Shown: positions 20,099 through 31,997 of the stretch, in pieces | How the letters are laid out: each line of letters opens with the position of its first letter | Numbering within the stretch: the first letter of the stretch is position 1 | Assembly: GCA_964019335.1 (NCBI GenBank) | Contig: OZ025708.1 | Coordinates: 62,001-126,000, forward strand | Direction: 5' to 3' | Source of the DNA: Diplonema japonicum | Lineage: Eukaryota > Protista > Euglenozoa: Diplonemea | DNA length: 64,000 nt | The notes under the pieces: model-generated | The model's database searches: none | Seen by the model: the letters and a program-made list of their open reading frames with translations, nothing else | Told to the model about the DNA's origin: nothing | Position numbers and translations under genes: made by a program

Positions 20099-21481
20099 AT
20101 GGATCAGCAGACCAGCGCGGACGCCTCCACGAGGCCCCCACTGGACAGCCTGCAGATGCAGGTGGACGAAGATGCCGCGGCGATGCCAGAGTTAAATCTG
20201 GTATTCGAAGAAGAAGAAGAGAAGAAGAAGGAGAAAAAGGACGAGGTGCGGAAGGGCAACTGGATCATCGGTCCGCTGCCGAAGGGAGTGGAGGAGAAGG
20301 GCGCAGCTGCGATTCTCGCAGCAACGGTCTCAGAGCAGACCGAGAAGGTCGTCATCCTGACGACGGAAGGCGCGTCCTTCCTCCTCTACACCGCACGCAC
20401 CCCCCCCCACCACACCTGCATCAAGGTGAACGGCGCCACGGCAGAAGTCCTGCCGGCGATAAAGGTGGCCGACCCCCTGGAGTCCAGGGCTGCAGGAGGG
20501 AAGAAGTGGTCGAGGAAGGGGGAAGAAAAAAAAAAAAGAACAAAAGTCCACCAAGACAGGTACAGCCCAGAAGAATTTCTGGAATTCTACGGCCGGTCGG
20601 TAGGGTGGCAGCTCTACTGCAAGGCAGTAGAAGAGTGGAGGAAGAGGACCGCCACACCCCAAAAAAACACACAGGAGCCCCCCCAACAACAGCAACAACA
20701 GGCAACAATCTCGCCAGATATGGTAGCCCAGATGCAGAATCTGCATCAAGAAGTTGCGGCGCAGAGGGCCGAACTCTCGGCGCAGAGACAGGAGATCACC
20801 GCGCAGAGAGAGGAACTGCAGAGACAGAGGACGTCTCTGGCAGAAGCACAGTCCAGTTACCCGGCCCTGCAGAAACAGGTCAGTGCGCAAGGGGAGGCGG
20901 TGCTGAAGCAGGGGGAAGGACTGGCAGCCGTCCAGACCAGCATCCAACCCCTGCAGAAACAGGTAAGTGTGCAGGGGGAGGAGCTGCGGAAGCAGGGAGA
21001 GGGTCTGGCAGAGATCAGGACCAGCCTCCCGGCTCTGATGGAGCAGCTGAGGAGTCAACAGGAGGCTCTGGAGAAAGGGGTGCGTGCCATGATGGCCAAG
21101 CAGGAGGAGCGGGACGCGAGGGACACCGCCAGAAGAACGGCCCTAAAGGCCAAAAAGGCCCAAACCACCGCCACACCCACAGCCCCGACACCGTCCAAAT
21201 TCATCGGACCGGAGCTGGAACCGAACACCCCACAGCAACACCAGCCATCCTCGGGCTCGGAAACGGAGTTGGAAGACACTCCCGCCGGAGCAAAACCAGG
21301 AAGGCGCAGGGGCCAGGAATGGGCCTCTGCAAAGGTGTCGCTGAAGGCAGCGCCCTACGCACCAGGGGGCTCGAAGGGTTCGAAGGGGACAACCTCCTCC
21401 TCCACCTCGACATCGCCGACACCGAGCACACCGGACACAGCGAAGAAGTCCGGGAAAGGCGGAAAATCAAAGAAGAGGTGA
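20099..21481 (+). CDS. Family B2 ORF1 (460 aa) with Gln-rich heptad coiled coil and basic C-terminus
   Basis: Intact ORF homologous to B1 ORF1 (GNWI/VxGPLPK, AAxILAAT, LPAxKVxDPLE, RYS..FL..YG...GW.LY..AVE.W). Confidence 0.85.
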   Translation: MDQQTSADASTRPPLDSLQMQVDEDAAAMPELNLVFEEEEEKKKEKKDEVRKGNWIIGPLPKGVEEKGAAAILAATVSEQTEKVVILTTEGASFLLYTARTPPHHTCIKVNGATAEVLPAIKVADPLESRAAGGKKWSRKGEEKKKRTKVHQDRYSPEEFLEFYGRSVGWQLYCKAVEEWRKRTATPQKNTQEPPQQQQQQATISPDMVAQMQNLHQEVAAQRAELSAQRQEITAQREELQRQRTSLAEAQSSYPALQKQVSAQGEAVLKQGEGLAAVQTSIQPLQKQVSVQGEELRKQGEGLAEIRTSLPALMEQLRSQQEALEKGVRAMMAKQEERDARDTARRTALKAKKAQTTATPTAPTPSKFIGPELEPNTPQQHQPSSGSETELEDTPAGAKPGRRRGQEWASAKVSLKAAPYAPGGSKGSKGTTSSSTSTSPTPSTPDTAKKSGKGGKSKKR

Positions 21482-21831
21482 AAAAGGTGATAAGTTTTTT
21501 CCATTTTACCATAATAGATAAGAAAGAAAAAAAAAAGAAAAAAGAAAGTGTTTCCCTATTAAGCCCCCAACCCCCCAATTCGTCTACAAAAAAAAAAAAT
21601 AATAAAAAAATTAAAAAAAAAAAAAAAAAAAAAAACCATAAAAAAAAAAACAAAAACAAAAAAAAAATAACAAAAAAAAAAAAAAAAACATAAAGAAAAT
21701 AAAAGAACAAGAGAAAAAAAAAAAAAACAACAAAAAAAAAAAATAAAAATAAAAAAAAAATAATACACGACGACGACGACGACGACGACAACGGGTCACA
21801 GCAATGTCATCTCTCTGCGCGAAGGAAGCTC

Positions 21832-21996
21832 GTACGACTTGGCTACAACTCGCGGCTAAATCCTGGCCGGCCCCGCACGTATAGGGGTGTCCAAACGGGA
21901 CAAGGCGTTAGTGGTGGCGACGTAAGGTCTGTTAGGGCCGGCCCCCCCCAAGTCGTACAACCCTATCTTCGAAGACCTGAAGGTAGGGGTGACCAC
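21832..21996 (+). promoter_or_regulatory. Conserved pseudoknotted RNA element upstream of B2 ORF2 (candidate IRES)
   Basis: Same stems as 13604-13765; differences fall mainly in loops and linkers (GAGA versus GTAA, both GNRA). Confidence 0.6.
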
Positions 21997-22005
21997 AAAG
22001 GCAGA

Positions 22006-25000
22006 GTGACATACATGCTGAAACGACCCTCGACCACACCGAGAAAGATGCGCAAAGGTTGCGGACCACATGATATGGACATCTTGGCGTGCGGTGACGT
22101 CGAGCAGAACCCGGGGCCAGCCGCGAAAGACGGATGGCTGAAGATAGTCTCGCTGAACGTGAGGTCCCTCAGAGCTAGGAAGGCCGAAATCGAGAAGGCT
22201 ATCGAAGAAACAGCGCCGGACATCCTGTGTCTCCAAGAGACACACCTAACATCAGACGATGCGATCCACGGCTGGTTCGAAGGGTACAGAGCTTTCCGAA
22301 GAGACAGGACGCGACCGAGAAGGAGGAATTTCCCCATAAAAGGGGGCGGCTTACTGACTCTCGTGAAAGAAGGCATCAACGCTAGCGGTGTCGAAAGGAA
22401 GGAGAAGAAAAATGACGTGACGGAAAGACTGGACGTCAAAATATACCCGCCAGGTCAAAAGGAGATCCTCCTGGTGAACATCTACCTTCCACCAACATCG
22501 CCGTCAGATCCGAGCGATGACAGACCGAGCATCGACACCTACTTCAACCCGAACACACTCCCGACAGGGGACAGAACCTTAATCATGGGGGATTTCAACG
22601 CCCACCACCCTCTGTGGGACGGGAGAAGAAAGAAAGAGGACCTCATAGGTGACAAAGTCGCAAAGTGGATGATCGAGAAAGGGATGCGACCCTGGAATGA
22701 CAAAGCCACACCGACACTATTGAACACAAGAGGTTCCTTATCATCACCGGACCTGGTGATAAGCGGGCCAGACATGGACTCTAGATCCTGGACAACCCTC
22801 GATTCATGGGGGTCTGACCACATACCCATGTCCATCCGGATAAGAACGAAATACGAAACCGGACCAACCATTAAGAAATTCAGCTTCAAAAAAGCTGACT
22901 GGGAGGGGTACAGGAATCATCTGGAGTACACCCTGAGGCACCTGCAGAGAACAGGAGACCCGGTCAGGCTAAACAAGCAGTTCACTGAAGCCGTCAAGGA
23001 GGCCGCCAGGCTCTTCATCCCAAGAGGGGGAGCGAGAGGCGGGAAAGCGTGGTGGACTGAAGAGCTGACGCAACTGGTTGGAAGAAGAAACGCTCTGAAG
23101 AAGGAGATTATGTCGGACATCGGCATCCCATCGATAGAACAATGCGAGAGGCTTGGTGAAATCAGCAGGCAAGTGCAGAAACAGATCGATGAAGGGAAGA
23201 AAAGAGCGTGGGCCGACTACATGAAGGAGCTGTCTCAGAAAAAGGACTTGGGACACGCTTTCAGGACGATAAAAACGCTCGATGGCAGGAAGGACAAAGA
23301 TCCAGTAGCACCACTAATGGCAGGCGGCAAGCTACACACATCGGCGAAGCAAAAAGCAGACGTCCTTGTGGAGCACTACGCAAAGGCTTTTGCACCCCAC
23401 CTTAACAAAGACACAAAGAAGATGCTGGACGGTGAAAACAGGAAGTCCAAAGTGATCAAGGACTTGAGGGACAGGGTCACTTGCCCAGGGATAAGCATGG
23501 AGGAACTGAAGCACGCGCTGAGGCAGTTGAAGAAGGGGAAATCCCCGGGCCCAGACGGTGTCTACAACGAGATGCTGAAACACCTGGGGGGGACGGCCTT
23601 GGACACATTACTCCATCTGTTCAATATGTCATGGGAGAAGGGAGTGGTACCATCAGACTGGAGGTTCACGCACATAATCCCACTTTACAAAGGAAAGGGC
23701 AAGTCAAGAAGTGATCCGGCATCGTACAGACCGATATCGCTAACCTCCAACATTTCAAAGACAATGGAGAGGATAGTAAAGATAAGGGTCGACTACCACC
23801 AAGACGTGGGAGATGTGAAGAGGGTGCACAAAATGCAGTCAGGTTTCAGGAAAGGGCGCTCCACAGAAGAGAACGTCCTGCAAGTGACCACGAAACTGAA
23901 CCGCATCAGAGACGATGAGTTCTGCGGCGGACTTTTGCTCTTCGACCTGAAAGGAGCCTTCGACACAGTGTGGCACAAGGGTCTAAATGCGAAAATGAGG
24001 AGTAATGGCTACCCGCAAAGAATTACGGACTGGGTGGCCGCTTTCCTAGACCAGAGGATCGCTGCCGTCAAGGTGAGTGGCGAAACAGGGAAGCACGAAC
24101 ACATAACGGGTGGGGTTCCACAGGGAACCATCCTTGCCCCAACCCTCTTCTCGATCTACATGGACGACCTCTCAGAGACGTTCGAAAAGGAGGGCATTGA
24201 TGCCGTGATGTACGCAGACGACATTGCGGTGGTGCTGCACGAAAAAGACCTGGACAGCTTGAATGGAAAACTGATGAAGATCCTGAGGGTTGTGGAGAGC
24301 TGGTGCTCGAGAAACTCGATGGTGATCTCCAAGGGAAAGACAGAGTTCCTTCCCGTTGCTGGCATCTCCTATCCGCAGAGAACACTGAAGGGGAAGATCA
24401 GAGCAACTTTCAAGACCGGCGAAGAACTCGAGGTGGTCGAAAAAACAAAGCTGCTCGGAGTCACCTTCGAGGAGGACATGCTTTTCTCCGAACACTCCAG
24501 AGACGTCTTGGAAAGAGGTGAAAGCAGGGTCAGGCTGCTGAGCTGCCTTGCGGGAACGAGATGGGGTTAGGTGGTGTTGAGGGCTCTATACCTCACATAT
24601 GTGCAACCAGTCTTCAGATACTGCTTGGGCGTGTACGGGTCATTTCTCCCGAGCGGGAGGAACACGCCCCACGAAGGCATCAAGAAGCTTCAATACAGGG
24701 CAGCGGTGAAGATCACAGGCTGCATCGCGTCATCAGAGACATTCGCGACACTGAACGAAGCGGGGCTGTGGACCCTGGATGCGCTGATCGAACACGACAG
24801 CCTGTTGCTCTACGAGTCACTGATGAGAAAAGTGGACACCGCCGCATACCAGGCGACTCAGCCTCTGGAGGATCTGACCAGGTACGAGAAGCTCCTACCA
24901 AGGAGGACTTGGTCTGACAAACAGAGAGAGGCATCGAAAGCCTACAAACTCCCAGAGAGGACGGGCACACCTCACTCGGGCGCCGTCTTCATGAGGAGAC

Positions 25001-25992
25001 TCGCGGTTGCACCCTGGCAAAGATTCGAGGGGCAACTCGTGCTCTCCCCCTTCCTAGACACGCAGGTGAAAAGGACGGACCCAAAAGAGGTCAGGAAAGA
25101 GGCAACAACGAACACCCTGAACAGGTTATGCGAGAAACACGGCCGGGCATTCTGCATGGTGTTCACAGACGGGTCCGTAAAGGATGGGAAAAACGGAGGC
25201 TCGGCCGCCATCCTGCTGCACAACGGGTCCGATGCTGCCTACGGGATCAGCGGTGGACTGTATTCGACATCCTACAAATGCGAACTCAGGGCCCTGAGGC
25301 TAGGGATCCGACTGGCGACAAGACTCTCAGAGAGGAAGCTTGCAAGCCAAGGGATGGTTCTGATATGCACAGATTCGCAGTCGGTGATACGGAAGATGTG
25401 CCAGGGACACATGTCGGCAGCCTCCAAAGATGACTTCGAACTCTGGCAGGAGGTCGCGAGCTTGACAGGCAGAGGCCACAAGCTAATCGTTCAATACGTC
25501 CCGAGTCACTGCGGGTACAAGTGGAACGAGAAGGCGGACCAGAAGGCAAAAGAGGCGAGCGAAAGACTGGCCCACACCCGTGAGACAGACATTGAGGTGG
25601 TTAAAACTCTGGTGAGGAAGCATGTCATCAGAAGCCACCTCCGCCTATGGAAGGATACTGGCGTCACAAAGACGTACAGGGAGCAGTTTGCCGGAAGTTA
25701 CGAGAAGTTCGAGGAGCTGGACAGAAAGAAAGAAGTGGCGATCATGAGGCTGAGGGTGGGGAAGAGCCCACTCACTTGCGGATACCTACTCATACCCCCA
25801 GTCGAGGAGGTCCCGTGCCATCTATGTTCGCAACCCCAGACTCTAAGCCACCTCCTACGGGAATGCCAAGACGGAAAGAGGATCGACCAAAGGAGTCAGA
25901 TCTTCGGTAGCTCCCTTCCTTCCCTCAAAGTCCTCCTGTCCACCGACGCCTGTAAGACCGCCCAGCTCTTGGAGCGGCAGGGAACATTGTGA
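22006..25992 (+). pseudogene. Family B2 ORF2 (2A-APE-RT-RNase H-CCHC) interrupted by an in-frame TAG at 24568-24570
   Basis: GDVEQNPGP, APE/RT/RNase H motifs; a 6-nt deletion relative to B1 (WGCKKVV to WG*VV) creates the stop. Confidence 0.88.
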
Positions 25993-26814
25993 AAAAACTT
26001 ATAAATTATAATATGTTATACTCTCCAAACATTGAGGTCTGAAGTTGTTAAACGACTTCAGACAGCAATTGTTTCTAACTCAATCTCTCGACTCTGGCTT
26101 CACTCCTATCCTTTCTTTTCACCTCCCTCCCCAGTGTCTTCCCTTATTTTCCATTACCAGGCCCCTGTCCCCCGCCCCCAGTGTTATTCAAATTTTTCAC
26201 TCACCTTTCATATAGAAAGAAAAAAGAAAAAAAAAAAAAGAAAAAAAAGAAGGACAGATGATTCAAGCTTCGGTGTACACAATCGAGCTTGATTTGAATT
26301 CCTTTATTTTGAGAAAAAAAAAAAAAAAAAAAAGAAGAAGAAAAAAAAAAAAAAAAAAAAAAAAAAACTGAAGAACGAAACTTAATTGAATTGAATTTAT
26401 TGGCTCCCGAAAGCCCAACAAGTCCAGCAGACGGTGGAGTTTCACAGTCAGCTGGTTAATTTTTCACAATTGAAACTCCTCCAAAGTTCTTAAAATCTGG
26501 GAGGTCGTCTCTTGTTACTAGAGGCGGCTAATGCCTCGAGACCCAGGTGCTGCCTGGTGGGTGGGATCGGTTTTATTTTATTATGAAAAGAGCGTGGTGA
26601 GGGGGTCCAAGTAATTTACTACAGGGAGCAGCGGACCAGGACCCCTCGACCAATGGCTCAGTAACAGAGACTGCTTTTCACGAATCACTTTCAAACACCT
26701 CTCTTGGTTTGAAGTGATGTCCCTTTCCCTTTCCCTTGAATGGTTTTCTCTACTCCCCTTCGATCCTCCCGCCTGGTAGTGGAATATTTATTATTATTAA
26801 AAAAAAAATCTATC

Positions 26815-28913
26815 TGAACACGCGAGGTACCTTGGGGTTACGGTGGACTCTGGGCTCACGTTCGGTGAACACGCACAGGACATCCTACGGCGGGCCAGCA
26901 AAAGGCTGAGGGTGCTGAAGCTCTTGTCCGGCACGTCCTGGGGCAGCAAGAGGGACACTCTGCGGTCTCTCTACGTTACGTACATCCTCCCGCTGCTGCG
27001 CTACTGCATGGGGGTCTACTACAGCAGGCTCGATGATGTCGGGAGGAAGGACCTGGCTGGGCTTCACCAGGAGGCGGCGGTGCTGATCACGGGCTGCTGG
27101 AGTGGCTCCGGAGGGTACAAGCTCCTAGCTGAGGCAGGACTGCTTCCCCTCGAAAGAATGGCTGAGGGTGCTGCGGCGACGATGACGGCGAGGGCCTTCT
27201 GCTGGCAGTCTTCCCCGGTTCACAGGGAGACGGTCAAGCTGAAGCAGGCGAACAGGCTGGGGTGTGGGTGGCTGCGCTCTGGCTACCAAGCACTGCGTCG
27301 ATGCGGGTTGGAACCAAAGGTGCACTTCGAGTACCTGTCGGCTACGCCCCTGGCGGCCCCGTGGCAGACAGGCATGGTCGACTTCAGGACTGACCTCCCC
27401 GGCGGGGTCACGCGATCGTCGCCAGACGCGGACAGGCGGAAGGCGGCCGAGGCTGCTCTTGCGGCTCTCCCCCCGGGCATCCATGCCTACACGGATGGCT
27501 CGGTTGTACAGGTCGGACAGAAGGCGAAAGGTGGCTCTGGGGTTTATCTGCAGCTGCCTCCCCCCCTGACCCCTGTGTCTGTGTGCCATGGCGTCAACGA
27601 CTTCTGTTCATCTTTTCGGGCAGAGGGCATGGCTGTGAAAACGGCGCTGGATATGGTGGCTACCCTCCGAAAAACACACCCTTCGCTGGCGAAGTCCCCG
27701 CTGTCGATCTGCACCGACTCCCTCTCCCTCGTCGAGCAGCTGCGAGCTGGCCCAACGCGACAGAGGGAGAAGCTCGACCACCAGACGTGGAGCCGGCTGG
27801 TGTCCGCGGCGCGCACGCAGGGGACACCGGTGGTCCTCCAGTTTGTGCCCTCCCACTGTGGGGTGGACGGGAACGAGAAGGCTGACGCTCTGGCCGGGGA
27901 GGGAACGAAGCGGAAGCAGGACAGGCCCTCCCTTGACTACCGATCAGTGAGGGCCCTGGTGCGACGGTGGGTGGTGCGGAGGTCCGCGGAGCTCATAACA
28001 TCCCTCGCCCACAACTACGCGGTGGCGACCGAGCTTCGGTCCGCGCACTTCCCCCTTGGCTTCCCCAGACAAGCTGAAACGGTCATCTCGCGGCTGCGGA
28101 TTGGTCACTCGGCTCTCTTCTTCGGCTTCCTGCAGACTGCTGGCCCGAACAGGAAGCACAAGGGTGTGCTCCGGTGCCCAGCCTGCCACGCAGCACCGAT
28201 GTCCAGGGAGCATGTTGTCGGTGGGTGCCCTGTGATCGGGAGGGGGGCGATCGACACTCCTGCTGGTACTCCCTCCCTAGCGTTCTCCCTGTCGAGACGC
28301 GTGACCCAGATCTACGACCTCATTGTTGAGTCTGGCCTGCTCGCCTGGTCACGCTCCGGACTGTTCACCTCGCCATCATCCCTGGCGTCTACAGACGTCA
28401 CTGCACCTTCAAACGTGCCGCCCCCTCCTCCGGTCTCTCTTGACGCCGGTCCCGCGGCCCCCGTGCTGCGCTAAGGGATCGCCCGCGTGTATGTAAAGTG
28501 AAATGTTGTGTTTTCCACTTTCCTTTCCCTTCCTTCACCTTCCTCTCACTGTTTCCCATTTCCCCTTTTTATTTTATTTTCACACTCACCAATGATTCGC
28601 TCAATAGGAGCAATACCTCCCTGGGGGGCTTTCCGCCGGAGGTTCCAGCCAAAGAAGGACATCCAGCTGGAAGGTAGGCCCCCGTTTTTCTCTCACTTGA
28701 CTGAGGGAATAATGTAATTCAGCCCTCTTCGGCTGTCCCAAAGCAGAGCACGGGTTGGTGGGGGACCAGGGCTCCTCCTGCTTGCAGAAGCCTGGTCCAT
28801 TGCCCTCCCTATTTCCCCATGGTTTCCCTTCACCTTTTTTTCCCTTTTCTCAGGTGTTGCTCTCCATGGCGGCCCTGCATTGGTATTTTGAAAAAAAAAA
28901 AAAAAAAAAAAAA
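26815..28913 (+). mobile_element. Family A 5'-truncated copy A2 (RT thumb, RNase H, CCHC, 3' UTR, poly(A))
   Basis: Near-identical to ~5584-7680; ORF fragment ends at 28474. Confidence 0.93.
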
Positions 28914-28934
28914 TCGTAAGTTTGACAAAGAAAA

Positions 28935-29888
28935 ATGGGCAAGAAGAAAGACAAGCACAAGGAGAAGGCAAAGCCGGAAGGGAACGGGGCCAGCACGCAG
29001 CTGGCCCAGTCCAAGGCCAGGGAGGAGCGGCGGGTGGAGAGGATGCTCCGCAGCGCGGGAGCAGCCGGGGAGCTGGGGCAGCTCCTGACACCGGAGCACC
29101 GGGAGAAGATGACGGGGGTGGTCACCGTAATTGACCTCCTCACGCCCGACGCCGCCGCCGCTACAGCCGGCCCAGCGACACCTGTCGCCTCCACCCCGAC
29201 CGGCTCCGTCAAAAGGCCGGTTTCGCCTGACGCCAGCGTCGCCACCCCGACCTCCAGCAAAAAAGCTAGGAGGAAGGCCGCCAGAGCCGCGCGCGCTGAC
29301 GCTGCCGCCGAAGCCGCACACATAGCTGACGCCACACACCCCCTCGAAGCCGCACGCACTGCGGCCGACGTCGAACTCGCGGGAATCGCTGCTGATTTGG
29401 AAGCTGCACGCGAGTCGGCCGACGTGGTAGCTGCAGAAATAGCAGCTAAGATGAAGGCTGCGCAGGAGGTGGCTGATGCTGCTGTTGTCAAAATGGCAGC
29501 CGAGACGGAAGCTGCACGCGTGGCTGGTGTGGAGGCTGCTCGCAGAGCAGTCGAGGCAGAGGAGAAGGCTCTGCGCGAGCGGTCTACTGCACGACTTGCG
29601 GCAGAGGAGAAGGAGGCTGCGCGTGCTGCGGCCGAGATGAAAGCAGCCGAGGAGAAGAAGGCTACAGCCGCAGCCGCTGCAGCCGAGAAGAAGAAAGCCG
29701 CAGCCGCCGCCGCCGCCGAGAAGAAGGCCGACGCCGAGAAGAAAGCAGCAGCCGCCGCCGCCGCCGAGAAGAAGGCCGCAGCCGCCGCCGCCGCCGAGGA
29801 GAAGGCCGCCGCCGAGAAGAAAGCCGCAGCCGCCGCCGCCGCCGCCGAGAAGAAGGCCGCTGCCGACGCCGCCAGGAAGAAAGCTGCA

Positions 29889-29919
<31 letters not shown>

Positions 29920-31856
29920 AGAAGGAGACCGCAGCCGCAGCCGCCGCCGCCGAGGAGAAGAAGAAGGTCGCAGCCACCGCCGCCGCCGAAAAGGAAGCCG
30001 CCGCAGCCGCTGCCAAAAAGGAGGAAGCTTTGAGGTTGGCGGCCGCCAAGAAGGCAGATGCCCAGAAGGTCGAGGACGAAGCAGTCGCGAACGCTTCCGC
30101 CAACGCGTCAACAGACCAAGGCACGCTCCTCCTCAGCTCAGACTCTGACACCAGCTCTGGCCCTGAGGAGATGGAGGACGACCCTGCCCCTGCCCCTTCC
30201 ACAACCCCGCGATGGGACCTGGTGCCAGACACATGGGACGCCCCGATCTACACTAACGTGTCCCCCCCGACGGAAACATCCCGCGCTGTCATTGCGCTCG
30301 ACGATCCCTCCGGAATGGGGGTCGTGTGCTCCGCGTTACCTACGGCATCCATCACCTTTGTCCTTATGACAGAGGTCCCCGGTGTCACCACCCCCAGCGA
30401 GATTGTCATGGTCTCTGGGTCGCGCGCAGTGAACAGGAGGGTCCACGTCTCCACGTTCGGGCTGGACCCCCCCACCTACACCCCGCCTTCCACCTTCAAC
30501 AGCGGATCGGAGGTCGTCTACGTCTGTGTCAGTGCAGACAGCCTGAAGGAGGCGAAGGCCAGGGTCCTGGAGCTCGCCAAGGCTCAGGGCGCGGTGGTGG
30601 AGGATCGTGCGGTCTTCCGCCCAAGGAAGTTCGGTGAGGAGGAACCGCGGGCGAGGCACTGGACCCACGAGGTGGGGCTGCGCCTGCAAGCAGCACACGT
30701 CCACGCCGTCCTGCGCCGGTCCGGGGACGGGTGCATGATCCGGACGACGGAGAGACGCGGGGGGTACGCTTATGTACCCATCGTGGCGGAAGGGAGGGCG
30801 GATGCCTTTCGGATTGCGGGGACGCTGGGTGGGTTGTCTCTCGGGGTGGCGCACCGTAAGGGATGGACTGTGCGGTGCCTACCGGAGACGGAACAGCGGC
30901 TCCGGGAAACCCTCGCAAAACTGCGTACGAAGCGCAAGTTTTTGCTCACCGGGGCCCCGCCGTCCATCACCAGGGCGGCCTTCGATGAAATGATGGACCA
31001 CATCGGCTGGAAACCATCCTCCGTCCTGCGGCGCACGCAGACGATGTTCCAGGGCACGAGGCAACTCGTGTTCTTCATCGTCGTCGACAGCCCGCCCCCG
31101 AAGTCCAGGACGTGGCTCCTTGGGGGGCGCCTTGTCTGCCTCCGTGATGCGGACGACCACCCGACCGTCAAGCCGCCCCCTCTCATCAACAGGACGACAC
31201 CTGCATCTGCACCTGCGCTTGCAACGTCCTCGACCCCGGCACCCACATCTTCTCATGTACCTGCACCTGCGCCTACACCTGTACCTGACCCGGCACCTGT
31301 ATCGGCGTCGACACCCTCGGGGACTGACCCTGCGGTGAAAGCAACTGGGCTTCCTCCCACCAGCCCGTGGGCGTCCATACCGAGCTCGGTGGCTCCCCCC
31401 CAGCTCGACACTGTGACGTCCCCTACACCGCCCCGCAACGTGTCTGGGGGAAACAAGGAGGGGGTCCCTTCCGGGTCGCCTGAGGTCGCCGCTCTCACTG
31501 AGCTCGTCGCCACGCTGAAGGAGTCGATCGTCGGGCTGCAGAGGACGATCGACTCTCAGCAGGAGATGATCTCCGATCTGCGGACGACGCTCCGCCTCCT
31601 CCTGCCGCAGGCGGCCACGCTGACGACGGGAACGGCAGTGCCGCGGGACCCTACACCGGGGGCGACGACGACACACGACAGTGTCTGGAAAGGGAAGGGG
31701 AAGGGGAAGAAGGGGGCTCCTCCTCTCGCTACGACCTCTGAGGCTGCGGTGACGAACCTGGGTACGAGGGGGCGGGCCAGGTCGTTCGCGGAGACCAAAG
31801 ATCTCTTCACCAATGGGGTCAAGGGGCGCTCTGCCTCCATGGGTCCATCCAATTGA
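28935..31856 (+). CDS. Family A ORF1 (973 aa)
   Basis: Copy of 101-2953 with longer Ala/Lys/Glu repeat. Confidence 0.85.
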
Positions 31857-31997
31857 AGGGGCCCCGCAGAACAGGGGGAGCAGCAGATCTACGACCATGC
31901 TCCCTCTCCTAGTCTCCCTCGCATCCTCCCCAGGAGACTCCTACCTCTCTGTTTCTTCACCGACTTTTCTGCACTGATCCCCACCCTACTCGGGAGG

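Larger units (their letters stand above)
20001..26808 (+). mobile_element. Family B non-LTR retrotransposon copy B2 (diverged subfamily, near full length)
   Basis: Same architecture as B1; coding regions clearly diverged, 3' UTR nearly identical to B1. Confidence 0.88.

Noticed and set aside
24562-24575. Programmed TAG readthrough in B2 ORF2
   Set aside because: The stop arises from a 6-nt deletion relative to B1; a disabling lesion
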